Source: a virus
DNA: 64,000 nucleotides
Strand: one strand, 5' to 3'
Virus record (IMG/VR): IMGVR_UViG_3300036768_000279
Location: 83,928-147,927 of that record
The translations under genes were made by a program, and so were the position numbers. The notes under the pieces are model-generated. The model did no database searches. It saw only the letters and a list, made by a program, of their open reading frames with translations, and was not told the origin of the DNA. Positions 41,358-49,721 of this stretch are shown one piece after another (within the stretch, counting starts at the first letter, position 1; each line of letters begins with the position of its first letter).

Positions 41358-41743
41358 AAGAGCTTGCCTTCGCCGGTTGCCGCTTCGGTAGCAGGAGCCT
41401 CAGCCCCCTCCTTCTGTCTGCCGCCACCACCAACAAAGCTGAATCCGCCGAAATTGTCGAGCGTTACCTCGATCTTGGAACGCTTCTGTCCGCTTTCCTT
41501 GTCTTCCCAGCGGTTCTGGCGAAGAGATCCCTTGACGATGATCTGCTTGCCTTTCTTGAAGAATTCCTTGATGGTTTCGACCTGTTTGCCGAAAGCCACA
41601 CAATCAACAAATGCGGTTTCCTTGTTTTCACCGAAGCCGTTATTCACGGCCACAGTAAATCGAGCCACATGCTGGTCCTTGCCGACGATCTCGGGATCAG
41701 CCGTCAAGTTTCCCTGCAAAACAACAACGTTCAAATTGCTCAT
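41354..41743 (-). CDS. ssb: Single-stranded DNA-binding protein
   Basis: NVVVLQGNLTADPE, FVDCVAFGK, GSLRQNRW. Confidence 0.95.
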   Translation of the reverse strand: MSNLNVVVLQGNLTADPEIVGKDQHVARFTVAVNNGFGENKETAFVDCVAFGKQVETIKEFFKKGKQIIVKGSLRQNRWEDKESGQKRSKIEVTLDNFGGFSFVGGGGRQKEGAEAPATEAATGEGKLF

Positions 41744-41750
41744 GTCTACC

Positions 41751-42122
41751 TCAGTTACCTGTAGTCTGTGCCGCCTTCTTTGAGGCGATTACTTCTTGCA
41801 AAGCCTGCTCACGAGTAAGCAGACCGTTCGCATGTCGCTGACATTGTTCTCGACTCATACGGAATCGACGAGCAACACCAGTAGCGGCCTTCACTCTTTC
41901 AGAGAAATTGTCCGTCGTCAGTCCATCTTCTAAATAGACAGAATCGGGGATTTCAGGCTTACGAGGCTTTAGCTTGGCGACTCCGCCGCTAGCCAAAAAC
42001 TCCTCGAATGCTTGTTCTCTGGTCAAAGTTCCAGCCTTGACTCGTGCCTTTTGTTCGTTACTGACTCTAAAGCGAAATCCGGTACGAGCATGAAAATTCT
42101 CAAGTGTTAGATCATCGGTCAT
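41751..42122 (-). CDS. Two-repeat small protein (RFR..EQ..G.LTREQA)
   Basis: Start at MTDDL with GGAGG RBS and a TAGACA-17-CATAAT promoter. Confidence 0.7.
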   Translation of the reverse strand: MTDDLTLENFHARTGFRFRVSNEQKARVKAGTLTREQAFEEFLASGGVAKLKPRKPEIPDSVYLEDGLTTDNFSERVKAATGVARRFRMSREQCQRHANGLLTREQALQEVIASKKAAQTTGN

Positions 42123-42363
42123 GTAAGTGCCTCCGTTACGTCTATTATGTCTTGTTCGGCGTCTAGTGTCTACCGCTTTTTCAGGATTCGTGTTAGTGAC
42201 TATTGTAGGTCGTTCGCAATGTCTTGTGTCGTGTGCTGCTTGAATGGATTTGTTGGCACGTCTTCGATGGAGCGACCTTGTGTTTGTGCTAGATAGCCCA
42301 TTCTGAACGGCAATGATTTGTTCTTGGGAAAATGTGCAATTCTCCACTTTAGCTCATTCGTAT

Positions 42364-43203
42364 TCATAGATCGGCTTTTTCACGGAAGACAATACCAACT
42401 GGGAAACGCGGTAGTCCGTCGTCCGTGCGATCGAAGAAGCGTACCGTGAGTTTCTTGCCAATGTATTTCCTGCGATTGGCGTACATTTCGCGGCGTTCTT
42501 CTATTGTGGCCTTCATGGTGCATTCAAATGTCTGATCGCCGCACTTGCACTTCCAAATAACGCCGCCCTCCATCTTGCCTTTGCCGTCACGGGCATCGAT
42601 AACGACGAATTCGTCGTCTTGGAATTCCTTGACCTTGAGAAGCTCGGAAGAACGATAGCCCCAGAGGTACCGTCCGTGACCAAGACGCAGCATGGCACCT
42701 TCGTAGCCCTCTTGCATGAATTCGCCGTAGAGCACCATGTTCTTTGGAAGCCATGATTCCAACTGCTTTTGGACTGTAGGCATGGAATAGGGCTTACCGG
42801 CCCGCGAGGTCAACGCCACCTTATTTCCATCCCATTCAGCCAAACAGCGAACGCCATCAAGCTTAGGTTGTACCCAGGCTGGGTAAACAACGCTCTTACG
42901 CTTATCCTCGTACTTATGAGCTAACATCGGCAGCCGCAGTTCCTCTTGAGCGGCTTCCGGCGTCTCACTGTACTTTCTCTCGATCTTGAAACGCCAGAGC
43001 GATTCGGCTTCGGCCTTGGCTTGTACCTCGGGAGTGGTCTCGTGCGAGCGTCCTATGTTCTTGGAGACCGCCTTTTTCGAGGACGTTTGAAGCTTGCCGC
43101 CTACTTGACCGTATGCAGTGTAGATCGTGTCGCCTTGGCTCCAAACTCGCCATTGGCGAAGGTCACCATTTTTCGCCTTATGGTATAAGATGGGCAACTT
43201 CAT
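42364..43203 (-). pseudogene. ATP-dependent DNA ligase with in-frame internal deletion
   Basis: QPKLDGVR, then VLYGEFMQEGYEGAMLR: motifs III/IIIa absent; LLKVKEF and OB domain present. Confidence 0.75.
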
Positions 43204-43330
43204 GAGACGTGTTTCCAGCTTTTGTGTCGAACGACCTTATGAATGATGTTGTAACTTAAGTTTGGTCGCCAGTATAAGCTCTACCCTTACTAGAATCACC
43301 CTTCTTAACCTTGGACCAAACTCTTTCCAT
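43200..43330 (-). pseudogene. HNH endonuclease stub
   Basis: MERVWSKVKKGD start and SWKHVS* end only. Confidence 0.6.
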
Positions 43331-43452
43331 CAATGATGCTCAGTCCCGCCCTTGCGAGTCAAGTAATCTGGGCTGATGATCTTGAAGATGCGACGCTTCG
43401 GATGCGGACGAACCTCGTCAATCGTCACTACACGCACAAGTAGATCGCTCAT
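43330..43452 (-). pseudogene. 40-aa stub of a DRB0094/Rnl5-family RNA ligase
   Basis: MSDLLVRVVTIDEVRPHP fused to RRIFKIISPDYLTRKGGTEHH*, resembling the two termini of this family. Confidence 0.7.
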
Positions 43453-43456
43453 GTTT

Positions 43457-44935
43457 TCAGCCCATGACGCGGGCACGGATTTCTGCCAGGGTATTTGTGT
43501 TTAGTTCCTTGCCGTCCACAAACACTTCGCGGAAGGCACAATTGTTCACTTCGTCCCAAGTGGCCTGATCCTTCATGCGGATCGTACCATCGGGATTATT
43601 GAAGGCCGCAATCAGGCCCTTCGCCGACTTCTTCGAAAAAGCTCCCTTGCTCGTCTTGGGATCCTTGAAGATGGCTCGTTCCTCGCCATTGACGACACCG
43701 TAGGTGGCCTTCATGGCAAAGCCAAAGGTGTCACGAGTATTGTACTGATACGTGTAGCTTCCGATACCAGCAACCCAATTCGTAGAAGCGAAACACTTTT
43801 CCATGAGTCGCTGGTTGATTCGCTTCGCGAGGTCTCGCGTGATTGAGTCACCGTAGATGAGGCCGACGTGCGAATCCAGTTCCTTGAATCCTGCGGCGTT
43901 CGTAGTGCCACCAAACAAGTCCCACAAGACTTCGATTGCACCCTTGTACTCGGGCGAGCCTTCGGGGGCGTCGGGATCGCCACAAATGATTTCCAAAGGC
44001 GTCTTCGGGCTTGAATCAGGACGAATGACCAGCTTGCCATTTCTTGCCAGAATTTCCTCCCGCAATTGCGGGAGAATGTTCGTCAGTACACCCCAGAAGT
44101 CCCAAGTGTCACTGACTACACTGAGAATACCCGCAGGGTATAGCTTGAAGAGGCGACGGAACGTATCGATTTCACCTTCCTGCGTACCCATGCACATAAC
44201 CGAGTGCTCAGTTGCAGGAACGCTTACGCCGACGAGTTCCTTGTCCGAGTCGGCGTAGTAATACTGTTCCAAGAATTCAATTGCTGGTACCGTATCGGTC
44301 CCCGCAAAGGACAGTAGGTGACCAGCACCACTCAGACACGCACTTTCGAGGCTACTCATGCCACGGAACGAGAAGTCGTGACCCTGGAATTGCGTGAAGC
44401 CACCGACCATATGCGGTGCGGACACCTTTGCGGCGGCGTCAAATTCGCGGCGGTATTCGCGAGCGATAGTGGCCGACGTGCAAGCTTGCCAAAGCGTGCA
44501 AGACAGAATGGTTTCGAGGTAATTCGGAAGCCAGAAGCCGCTTGGGTGCGTGCTGTGAATCACGAACGGGGGGCAGCCGACCGGGACTCGCGTACCCTCG
44601 GGCAAGGCGAGAATACGGATCGGCAGATAGCCGAGATTCCAAAGCTCGCGGATATGGTCCATCGGCACGGCGTCCTTGCCGATAGCGTTGTCCACGCGAC
44701 GCTTGTACTTCGCGACCACTTCTTCGACGGGTCGCGAAAAGAAGTTCTCGTTCCACTGGCGGACGAGGTATTCCTTGATGAAATACTGGAGGCCGAAGAA
44801 CACCACGCTGTCAACGCCTTCCAGGCGTGACGAGCGTGGAGTGAAATTGGAGAACACGAGCGACGTGCCCTCGGGATATTGGCGACGGTGATCGGACTTG
44901 TACCAGTCGATGAGCGAAAGCGGACTAATATTCAT
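43457..44935 (-). CDS. NAMPT-like enzyme (NARP1 Namat candidate)
   Basis: D.YK..H..QYP, HDFSFRG, VPATEHSV, VSDTWD, IRPDS, IYGDSI, TRDT.GFAMK, KKSAKG. Confidence 0.92.
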   Translation of the reverse strand: MNISPLSLIDWYKSDHRRQYPEGTSLVFSNFTPRSSRLEGVDSVVFFGLQYFIKEYLVRQWNENFFSRPVEEVVAKYKRRVDNAIGKDAVPMDHIRELWNLGYLPIRILALPEGTRVPVGCPPFVIHSTHPSGFWLPNYLETILSCTLWQACTSATIAREYRREFDAAAKVSAPHMVGGFTQFQGHDFSFRGMSSLESACLSGAGHLLSFAGTDTVPAIEFLEQYYYADSDKELVGVSVPATEHSVMCMGTQEGEIDTFRRLFKLYPAGILSVVSDTWDFWGVLTNILPQLREEILARNGKLVIRPDSSPKTPLEIICGDPDAPEGSPEYKGAIEVLWDLFGGTTNAAGFKELDSHVGLIYGDSITRDLAKRINQRLMEKCFASTNWVAGIGSYTYQYNTRDTFGFAMKATYGVVNGEERAIFKDPKTSKGAFSKKSAKGLIAAFNNPDGTIRMKDQATWDEVNNCAFREVFVDGKELNTNTLAEIRARVMG

Positions 44936-45702
44936 GAAAGTTTGAATTGCTTGACGAGCGGATTGGTAAACGTGGCAAAACTGTCTGTGCAGTACACCCG
45001 TTCAATGTGACCGGCGAAAGGCTCAAAGCCCTTCGAAAAGATTGCGTGTGTGACGACCAAGTATACCTTCGCCTGCGGCGAATGCAAGTGAATTTCCTTT
45101 GCGATGGCAATAAAAGTGCCTCCACCATCGCAAAGATCGTCCACAATGACGAAGTTTTGATAGTTGAGCATTTGCTCAAGATGCTGCAATTCTACGCCAG
45201 CGACAGCACCATTGGTGTCACGCTTCTTGCTTCCTTGAATCAATGGACTCAGCTTATACTTCTCAATCCATTTAGCGGCCCCAGCGTCGGGCGAAACATA
45301 ACAGACCTTGGCTTCGCCAATATCCTCTTGAGCCATGCGAATTAGATTCGGAGTTACGTCCCAATCAAAACCATGGTCTAAATGGTCGAGCGTCGCGACC
45401 GAGTGAGGCTTGAGAACGTAAACACGTTCAAATCCTAGACCATTGATGAAATTGCAGACGATTGCAAGATCAAGTGCTTCGCCCGGAGAAAAGCGACGAT
45501 CACAACGACCGGCCAGCAGATACTTGATCGCCAGCGTTGTAAGTTCTGGATGGATTCGCTTTATTTGAGCGATCAAGAAAAGGTCGTCGAAGGTGCGAAT
45601 GCTTGCCGAAAGCTCTGTGTCGCCCTTCAAATCCTTGTCAGACTTGATGTGCTTGTGGCCATCGGGATAGTTCGAAACCTTGAACTCGGACAAATCAACC
45701 AT
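44932..45702 (-). CDS. Ribose-phosphate pyrophosphokinase-like (NARP1 Adps candidate)
   Basis: YPDG, R.DR, PHS, SPDAGA, IVDDLCDGGGTF, VTHAIFSKG. Confidence 0.9.
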   Translation of the reverse strand: MVDLSEFKVSNYPDGHKHIKSDKDLKGDTELSASIRTFDDLFLIAQIKRIHPELTTLAIKYLLAGRCDRRFSPGEALDLAIVCNFINGLGFERVYVLKPHSVATLDHLDHGFDWDVTPNLIRMAQEDIGEAKVCYVSPDAGAAKWIEKYKLSPLIQGSKKRDTNGAVAGVELQHLEQMLNYQNFVIVDDLCDGGGTFIAIAKEIHLHSPQAKVYLVVTHAIFSKGFEPFAGHIERVYCTDSFATFTNPLVKQFKLS

Positions 45703-45721
45703 TTGCTTCGCTCAGTTGTTT

Positions 45722-45807
45722 TGGTACGGAAGATGGGACTTGCACCCACACGCCCTTTCGGGCATTAGCTTCTAAGGCTAACGCGGCTTCTATTACGCCA
45801 CTCCCGC
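45722..45807 (-). tRNA. tRNA-Leu(TAG)
   Basis: Cloverleaf; TTAGC-CTTAGAA-GCTAA; long variable arm; CCA. Confidence 0.9.
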
Positions 45808-45842
45808 ATGTTAGGGTACTGAATAAGCAGGGGCAACACTCT

Positions 45843-45871
45843 ATCATACCATGAAGCAACTAACTTGTCAA
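45843..45871 (-). promoter_or_regulatory. sigma70 promoter
   Basis: TTGACA-17-TATGAT upstream of tRNA-Leu and the Prs/NAMPT pair. Confidence 0.8.
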
Positions 45872-45969
45872 CTGTGTTCCAAGAATTTTGACGCTGTAAG
45901 CATTAAGGCATTTCTACCTCAATTGTCACGCCCAGACAAGCACACATTGTAGCAAGAACAGAATATAGT

Positions 45970-46047
45970 TGGTGGCCACGGTCGGATTCGAACCGACACT
46001 GCACGGGATTTGAAGCCGTTGCCTCCTGCCAATTGGGCTACGTGGCC
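45970..46047 (-). tRNA. tRNA-Leu(CAA), short variable arm, C31:C39 mismatch
   Basis: ACGGC-TTCAAAT-CCCGT; body similar to Leu(TAA) at 48937. Confidence 0.75.
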
Positions 46048-46253
46048 ATTGATTATCGAGCCGCAGGCTCGTGCTGACAGACGATTGCTTCCGGAAAATC
46101 GTGGGCGATGATGGCCGAGTAGATGGTCCATTCGCCACCATCAAGGCCGCAGCCCATCTTGAAAGTGAAGAAGAAACGATCGGCGTACTTGGCGAAGACA
46201 TAGCTTGGAGTCTTATCCATCGAGAGCTTGATGCGTTCGAAAGTCGCGTAAAT

Positions 46254-46328
46254 TGGTAGGCCCGGATCGACTTGCACGATCCCTTATCGGTTAAAAGCCG
46301 ATTACAACGCTGTCTTTGTTTCGAGCCC
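46254..46328 (-). tRNA. tRNA-Lys(TTT), atypical D arm
   Basis: ATCGG-CTTTTAA-CCGAT; CCA. Confidence 0.75.
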
Positions 46329-46329
46329 A

Positions 46330-46406
46330 TGGTACTCCGTAGAGGATTTGCACCCCTGTCAATCGCCTTAGAAGTGCGATGCCTAAGTCTACTCGGCCAA
46401 CGGAGT
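46330..46406 (-). tRNA. tRNA-Arg(TCT), A31:G39 mismatch
   Basis: TCGCA-CTTCTAA-GGCGA; CCA. Confidence 0.8.
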
Positions 46407-46412
46407 ATGATT

Positions 46413-46488
46413 TGGTCCATCCTGTGAGACTCGAACTCACGTCTTGCTGGTTAAGAGCCAGATATAATAGCCACTATACGAAGGATGG
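46413..46488 (-). tRNA. tRNA-Lys(CTT)
   Basis: CTGG-CTCTTAA-CCAG; GTTCGAGTC T loop; CCA. Confidence 0.85.
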
Positions 46489-46489
46489 T

Positions 46490-46565
46490 TGGTCAAGGCG
46501 GTGAGACTCGAACTCACGATCTGCTGGTTCCAAACCAGCCGGAATAGCCACTATCCTACGCCCTG
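46490..46565 (-). tRNA. tRNA-Pro(TGG)
   Basis: GCTGG-TTTGGAA-CCAGC; C1-G72; A73. Confidence 0.9.
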
Positions 46566-46578
46566 TTATTGTAGCTGT

Positions 46579-46664
46579 TGGCGGAAGGTAGACGAATCGA
46601 ACGCCGGGCCTTTCAACCCCCCTGGATTTCAAGTCCAGTTGCCAACCATTTAGCGGTACCTTCC
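46579..46664 (-). tRNA. tRNA-Ser(TGA)
   Basis: CTGGA-CTTGAAA-TCCAG; long variable arm; G73. Confidence 0.9.
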
Positions 46665-46849
46665 TGACGCTTACTCTTTGCAGGCTTCGCCTGCGGCTTC
46701 TCCACGACTACCACGCCCTTGCGGCGTTCTAGCCAGCGAATGATGTCGTCCCCAACGTAAGTACCCTGCTTACGCAGGCCCTTGAAATGGGAAAGAGCAT
46801 CCGCGACGCTCAACTTGCCGGACTTGACGTTCTCTCGGGTTTTATTCAT
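46613..46849 (-). CDS. Small basic hypothetical protein overlapping tRNA-Ser
   Basis: ATGA-coupled to the upstream ORF. Confidence 0.5.
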   Translation of the reverse strand: MNKTRENVKSGKLSVADALSHFKGLRKQGTYVGDDIIRWLERRKGVVVVEKPQAKPAKSKRQEGTAKWLATGLEIQGG

Positions 46850-47202
46850 TTGATGTCCTTCGTAAACTGACGGGTTGTGAGTACCTTGCCAATGCCATTT
46901 GACAAAATGTCGGTGAAGAGCTTGGCTTGACCATGTTCATCATATACCTTAGATGCAAGGTGGTCAACCCATTTATAGAAATGTTCGTCTTGTTCGACCT
47001 CGATTACTCGGTCCGTGACGAACTCGAAATAGTCAGGATCGACTCCCTTCGACGCACGAATATGAATCGTGATGTCGCCCTTCTTGTTCTTTTTCGAGGG
47101 TGTTTCCGTAGGAGATACAGTAGACCTTGCACGCTCGGCCATAGCCTGCTCTGGAGAGAGGCCACGAGCTATCTCGTCCTTAGTGCGTCGAAATCGTGCC
47201 AT
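46846..47202 (-). CDS. Hypothetical protein with RFR..K.E..RGL..EQA N-terminus
   Basis: Start at MARFRR; motif shared with 41751..42122. Confidence 0.65.
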   Translation of the reverse strand: MARFRRTKDEIARGLSPEQAMAERARSTVSPTETPSKKNKKGDITIHIRASKGVDPDYFEFVTDRVIEVEQDEHFYKWVDHLASKVYDEHGQAKLFTDILSNGIGKVLTTRQFTKDIK

Positions 47203-47331
47203 TAGTATCGGCCCAGATACTCGATCAGTGCCCTTCCAAGCAGGAAGACGCCATAGCAACACGCTATGCACCAGATGATATTTAGGACGATAGCCGTCCA
47301 AAAGAAGGTGTTGATTCTTTTCTGAGCACGG

Positions 47332-47581
47332 TCAAAGGGATCGTAGGTCATGTTTCAATGATAGCACGCTCAGTATGCTTGTCAAGCGAAAGTGGCGGAA
47401 AATGATCGTGTTCATGTAACAACGCAGTGCGTCGCCATGTCCACGCCACATAACAGCGGCGGGGTGATTTCGCCAACCCTTAACGGGGCCAGTCAAGCCC
47501 TTACGAGACCTTTCGTTGATCACCCTAGTCTAGGGCTTCTGCCGAAGCCCTAAAGTCTGGAAAGGGAAGAAAGGTCTGCAT
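47332..47581 (-). pseudogene. Pyrimidine-dimer glycosylase-like (MSMEG_6728 family) remnant
   Basis: MQTFLPFPDFRASAEALD* then GWRNHPAAVMWRGH..AL..Y in another frame. Confidence 0.8.
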
Positions 47582-47817
47582 TACAGCTTTTGAAAGAGAT
47601 CCAAGAAGGCAATGAACAGCCACAGAATACCCGCCACGACCAAGCACGCCACAAGAATCGCCAGAATAACTGCGGCAGGAATCCACAGTGGCGAAAGCAC
47701 CCACCACCAGGACCAGTCGATTTGATTGGTGAGCTTGAGACCAATGAAAAGAATGGCGAGCATGCCAGCGAAGCCGATGCCGCCCGAACGAACCTGAACG
47801 TTGTTGTTGTCAGACAT
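47581..47817 (-). CDS. Small membrane protein
   Basis: GGIGF...LKL..IDWSWWWVLSPLWI, a pattern common in phages. Confidence 0.75.
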   Translation of the reverse strand: MSDNNNVQVRSGGIGFAGMLAILFIGLKLTNQIDWSWWWVLSPLWIPAAVILAILVACLVVAGILWLFIAFLDLFQKL

Positions 47818-47923
47818 TGCACTTATCTGATTTTCAGAAGAATAATACTAAACGCGATGGCGGGCAAGGCACTTGATGGCACCCCGGTCTTCTGCTCGAC
47901 AGGCAGATATTCTAGCCGCTGAA

Positions 47924-48298
47924 CTATACGCCTTCATTTAGAGTATATTCCCAGCTTCCATCGGGAGCAAGCACTTTCAAGGTTCTTACTGCGGTCGTCA
48001 TGATCTTGCCGTCCTGCGGATGGTAAAGTTCCATATGCATGTCGATGCCAAGCCACTTAGCCTTGAGAATTGAGCCTCCCCACGTCGAGCCGCTAATGCC
48101 ACCATCTACTGTCGGCTCAGGGAAGTAGTGACCTCCGTGGATCTCGAAACGGTTGTTGTCCAGTACCTTGATCTTATACAAGGTATTCTTTGTCTGAGCT
48201 TCGACACGAGTGCCTGGAGTGAGCTTGTCAAGCTCGATGCCACCACTCTTTTTCGAGTCCTCAATGTTCTTGAGGATAGAAGGATGAAGATTGTTCAT
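47924..48298 (-). CDS. Hypothetical protein
   Basis: 124-aa ORF; GSTWGGS motif. Confidence 0.7.
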   Translation of the reverse strand: MNNLHPSILKNIEDSKKSGGIELDKLTPGTRVEAQTKNTLYKIKVLDNNRFEIHGGHYFPEPTVDGGISGSTWGGSILKAKWLGIDMHMELYHPQDGKIMTTAVRTLKVLAPDGSWEYTLNEGV

Positions 48299-48302
48299 AG
48301 TT

Positions 48303-48372
48303 TGGCAGGCCGACTAGGACGCAAACCTAAGTCAATTGTTTTGGAGACAACTATGTTTTACACCATCGACCT
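48303..48372 (-). tRNA. tRNA-Trp(CCA), shortened D arm
   Basis: GTTGT-CTCCAAA-ACAAT; G73; CCA. Confidence 0.7.
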
Positions 48373-48681
48373 CTGCATTACTTCCAAAGCTTGAAAGTCT
48401 TGAAGATGGACGGCCATGCCTCGCGTGTGGCGAAAGCCATCGCAGTGACGGTACCATCCAAATTGCTTTCAGTGATCGTGACGTACTCGCCAGCTTGTTC
48501 TTTGGCCGCTTCCAACTCTTCCGGCATGACCTTACACATAACTTTTTGAAGAACGTGAGTCACAAGTGCATGTTGGAAGTGTCGCGAAACTTCAAATAGC
48601 ACGCGAGCGAAGCGTGAGCCGCACTATTTATGGCGTGCCACTTGGGCACATCTTCATGTCGTACATCCCTTGTTTTCAAGC

Positions 48682-48709
48682 CCGTTCGCTATTCGCGAAT
48701 AGCGAACGG
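48682..48709. repeat. Perfect 28-bp palindrome
   Basis: CCGTTCGCTATTCGCGAATAGCGAACGG. Confidence 0.9.
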
Positions 48710-48782
48710 TAGGTCTGGCAAGATTCGAACTTGCGTCCACTCTTTCGTAGAGAGTGATACTTGTTCACTAGAAGACAGACCC
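48710..48782 (-). tRNA. tRNA-Arg(ACG), no encoded CCA
   Basis: ACTCT-CTACGAA-AGAGT. Confidence 0.8.
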
Positions 48783-48793
48783 ACGTTTTGTGG

Positions 48794-48868
48794 TGGTGTG
48801 ACTATTCGGATCTGCCCCGAATCTTATTGCGTCACAAGCAATCGTGCGTCTACTACACCATAGTCACC
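48794..48868 (-). tRNA. tRNA-His(GTG) with G-1/A73 and atypical T loop
   Basis: ATTGC-TTGTGAC-GCAAT. Confidence 0.8.
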
Positions 48869-48936
48869 GTGCTGCTGGCCATAAGCCACCTTTCAAGCGA
48901 AGTATACTTTGTTGGTTTCAGAAGTAAAGCAGAAAT

Positions 48937-49014
48937 TGGTAGCCTCAGTCAGATTCGAACTGACACTGTTTTCGTTTTAAGCGAAACGTCTCCTGCCTGT
49001 TGGACTATGAGGCC
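48937..49014 (-). tRNA. tRNA-Leu(TAA), short variable arm
   Basis: TTTCG-CTTAAAA-CGAAA. Confidence 0.88.
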
Positions 49015-49018
49015 ATCT

Positions 49019-49094
49019 TGGTCCGCCAACAAGGAATTGAACCCTGCTCTCTGAGAGATAAGCTCAGTTCTATCAACCAGATTGATATTGGCGG
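49019..49094 (-). tRNA. Non-canonical tRNA with TAT anticodon (nominal Ile)
   Basis: CTGAG-CTTATCT-CTCAG; C1-G72; normal T arm; CCA. Confidence 0.6.
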
Positions 49095-49099
49095 TGTAT

Positions 49100-49173
49100 T
49101 GGCTCAGAGCCAGGGAATTGAACCCCAATATTCGTGTTAACAGCACGACATTCTACCATTGAATTAGCTCTGA
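49100..49173 (-). tRNA. tRNA-Asn(GTT)
   Basis: TCGTG-CTGTTAA-CACGA; U1-A72; G73. Confidence 0.9.
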
Positions 49174-49180
49174 ATATATT

Positions 49181-49254
49181 TGGTACCCGATGAGGGACTC
49201 GAACCCCCGTCTTCTGGATGTAAACCAGATGTGCTGCCATTGTACCAATCGGGT
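49181..49254 (-). tRNA. tRNA-Val(TAC)
   Basis: TCTGG-TTTACAT-CCAGA. Confidence 0.9.
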
Positions 49255-49420
49255 ATGTTAGTGCAAAAAACTTGGTTCTCCGGCGTCCATATCATTTTGG
49301 ACGCTGCTTCCACTCTGCCGCCAAATGGCAACAAATCGTATAGCAAGGATTGATTTCCTTTAGGGTGGCGTCGTTTGCTTTGTGTTCTTGTGTGGTTTGA
49401 TGCCACACCCACATTTTGTT

Positions 49421-49513
49421 TGGAGCCGGAGGTGGGATTCGAACCCACGATTGAGGTTGAGAGCCTCGCCAGATTACAAATCTGGTCCGTTAGACCGCTC
49501 CGGGCACCCCGGC
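49421..49513 (-). tRNA. tRNA-Thr(TGT) with a long variable arm
   Basis: CCAGA-TTTGTAA-TCTGG; V arm GAGG-CTCTCAA-CCTC; C2-G71; U73. Confidence 0.8.
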
Positions 49514-49616
49514 ATTTAGCATGATTCTCAAGGAGACACTCGAAAATCTTGTTTACACTACAGAATCGCCGTCTAATCGTGCGGTGCTTGTCGCGAACTG
49601 CTCTCTGCACGATGTT

Positions 49617-49691
49617 TGATGTCTCCCCTCGGATTCGATCCGAGATTCTCCGGGCTTCAACCGGACGTAATTACATTTATACGAAAGAGAC
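49617..49691 (-). tRNA. Atypical tRNA-Phe(GAA)
   Basis: TCCGG-TTGAAGC-CCGGA; T loop ATCGAAT; D loop lacks GG; ends TCA. Confidence 0.65.
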
Positions 49692-49721
49692 ATTCGCTTC
49701 GCTCATGGAGCGAAGCGTATA

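Noticed and set aside
45970-46047. Opal suppressor tRNA (apparent CT-TCA-AA loop)
   Set aside because: Standard numbering and stem pairing (ACGG/CCGT) place CAA at 34-36, and the body matches the Leu(TAA) paralog
49164-49610. 148-aa ORF across the tRNA cluster (and similar short ORFs from 45.9 to 50.4 kb)
   Set aside because: Overlaps clear tRNA genes and has no protein motifs
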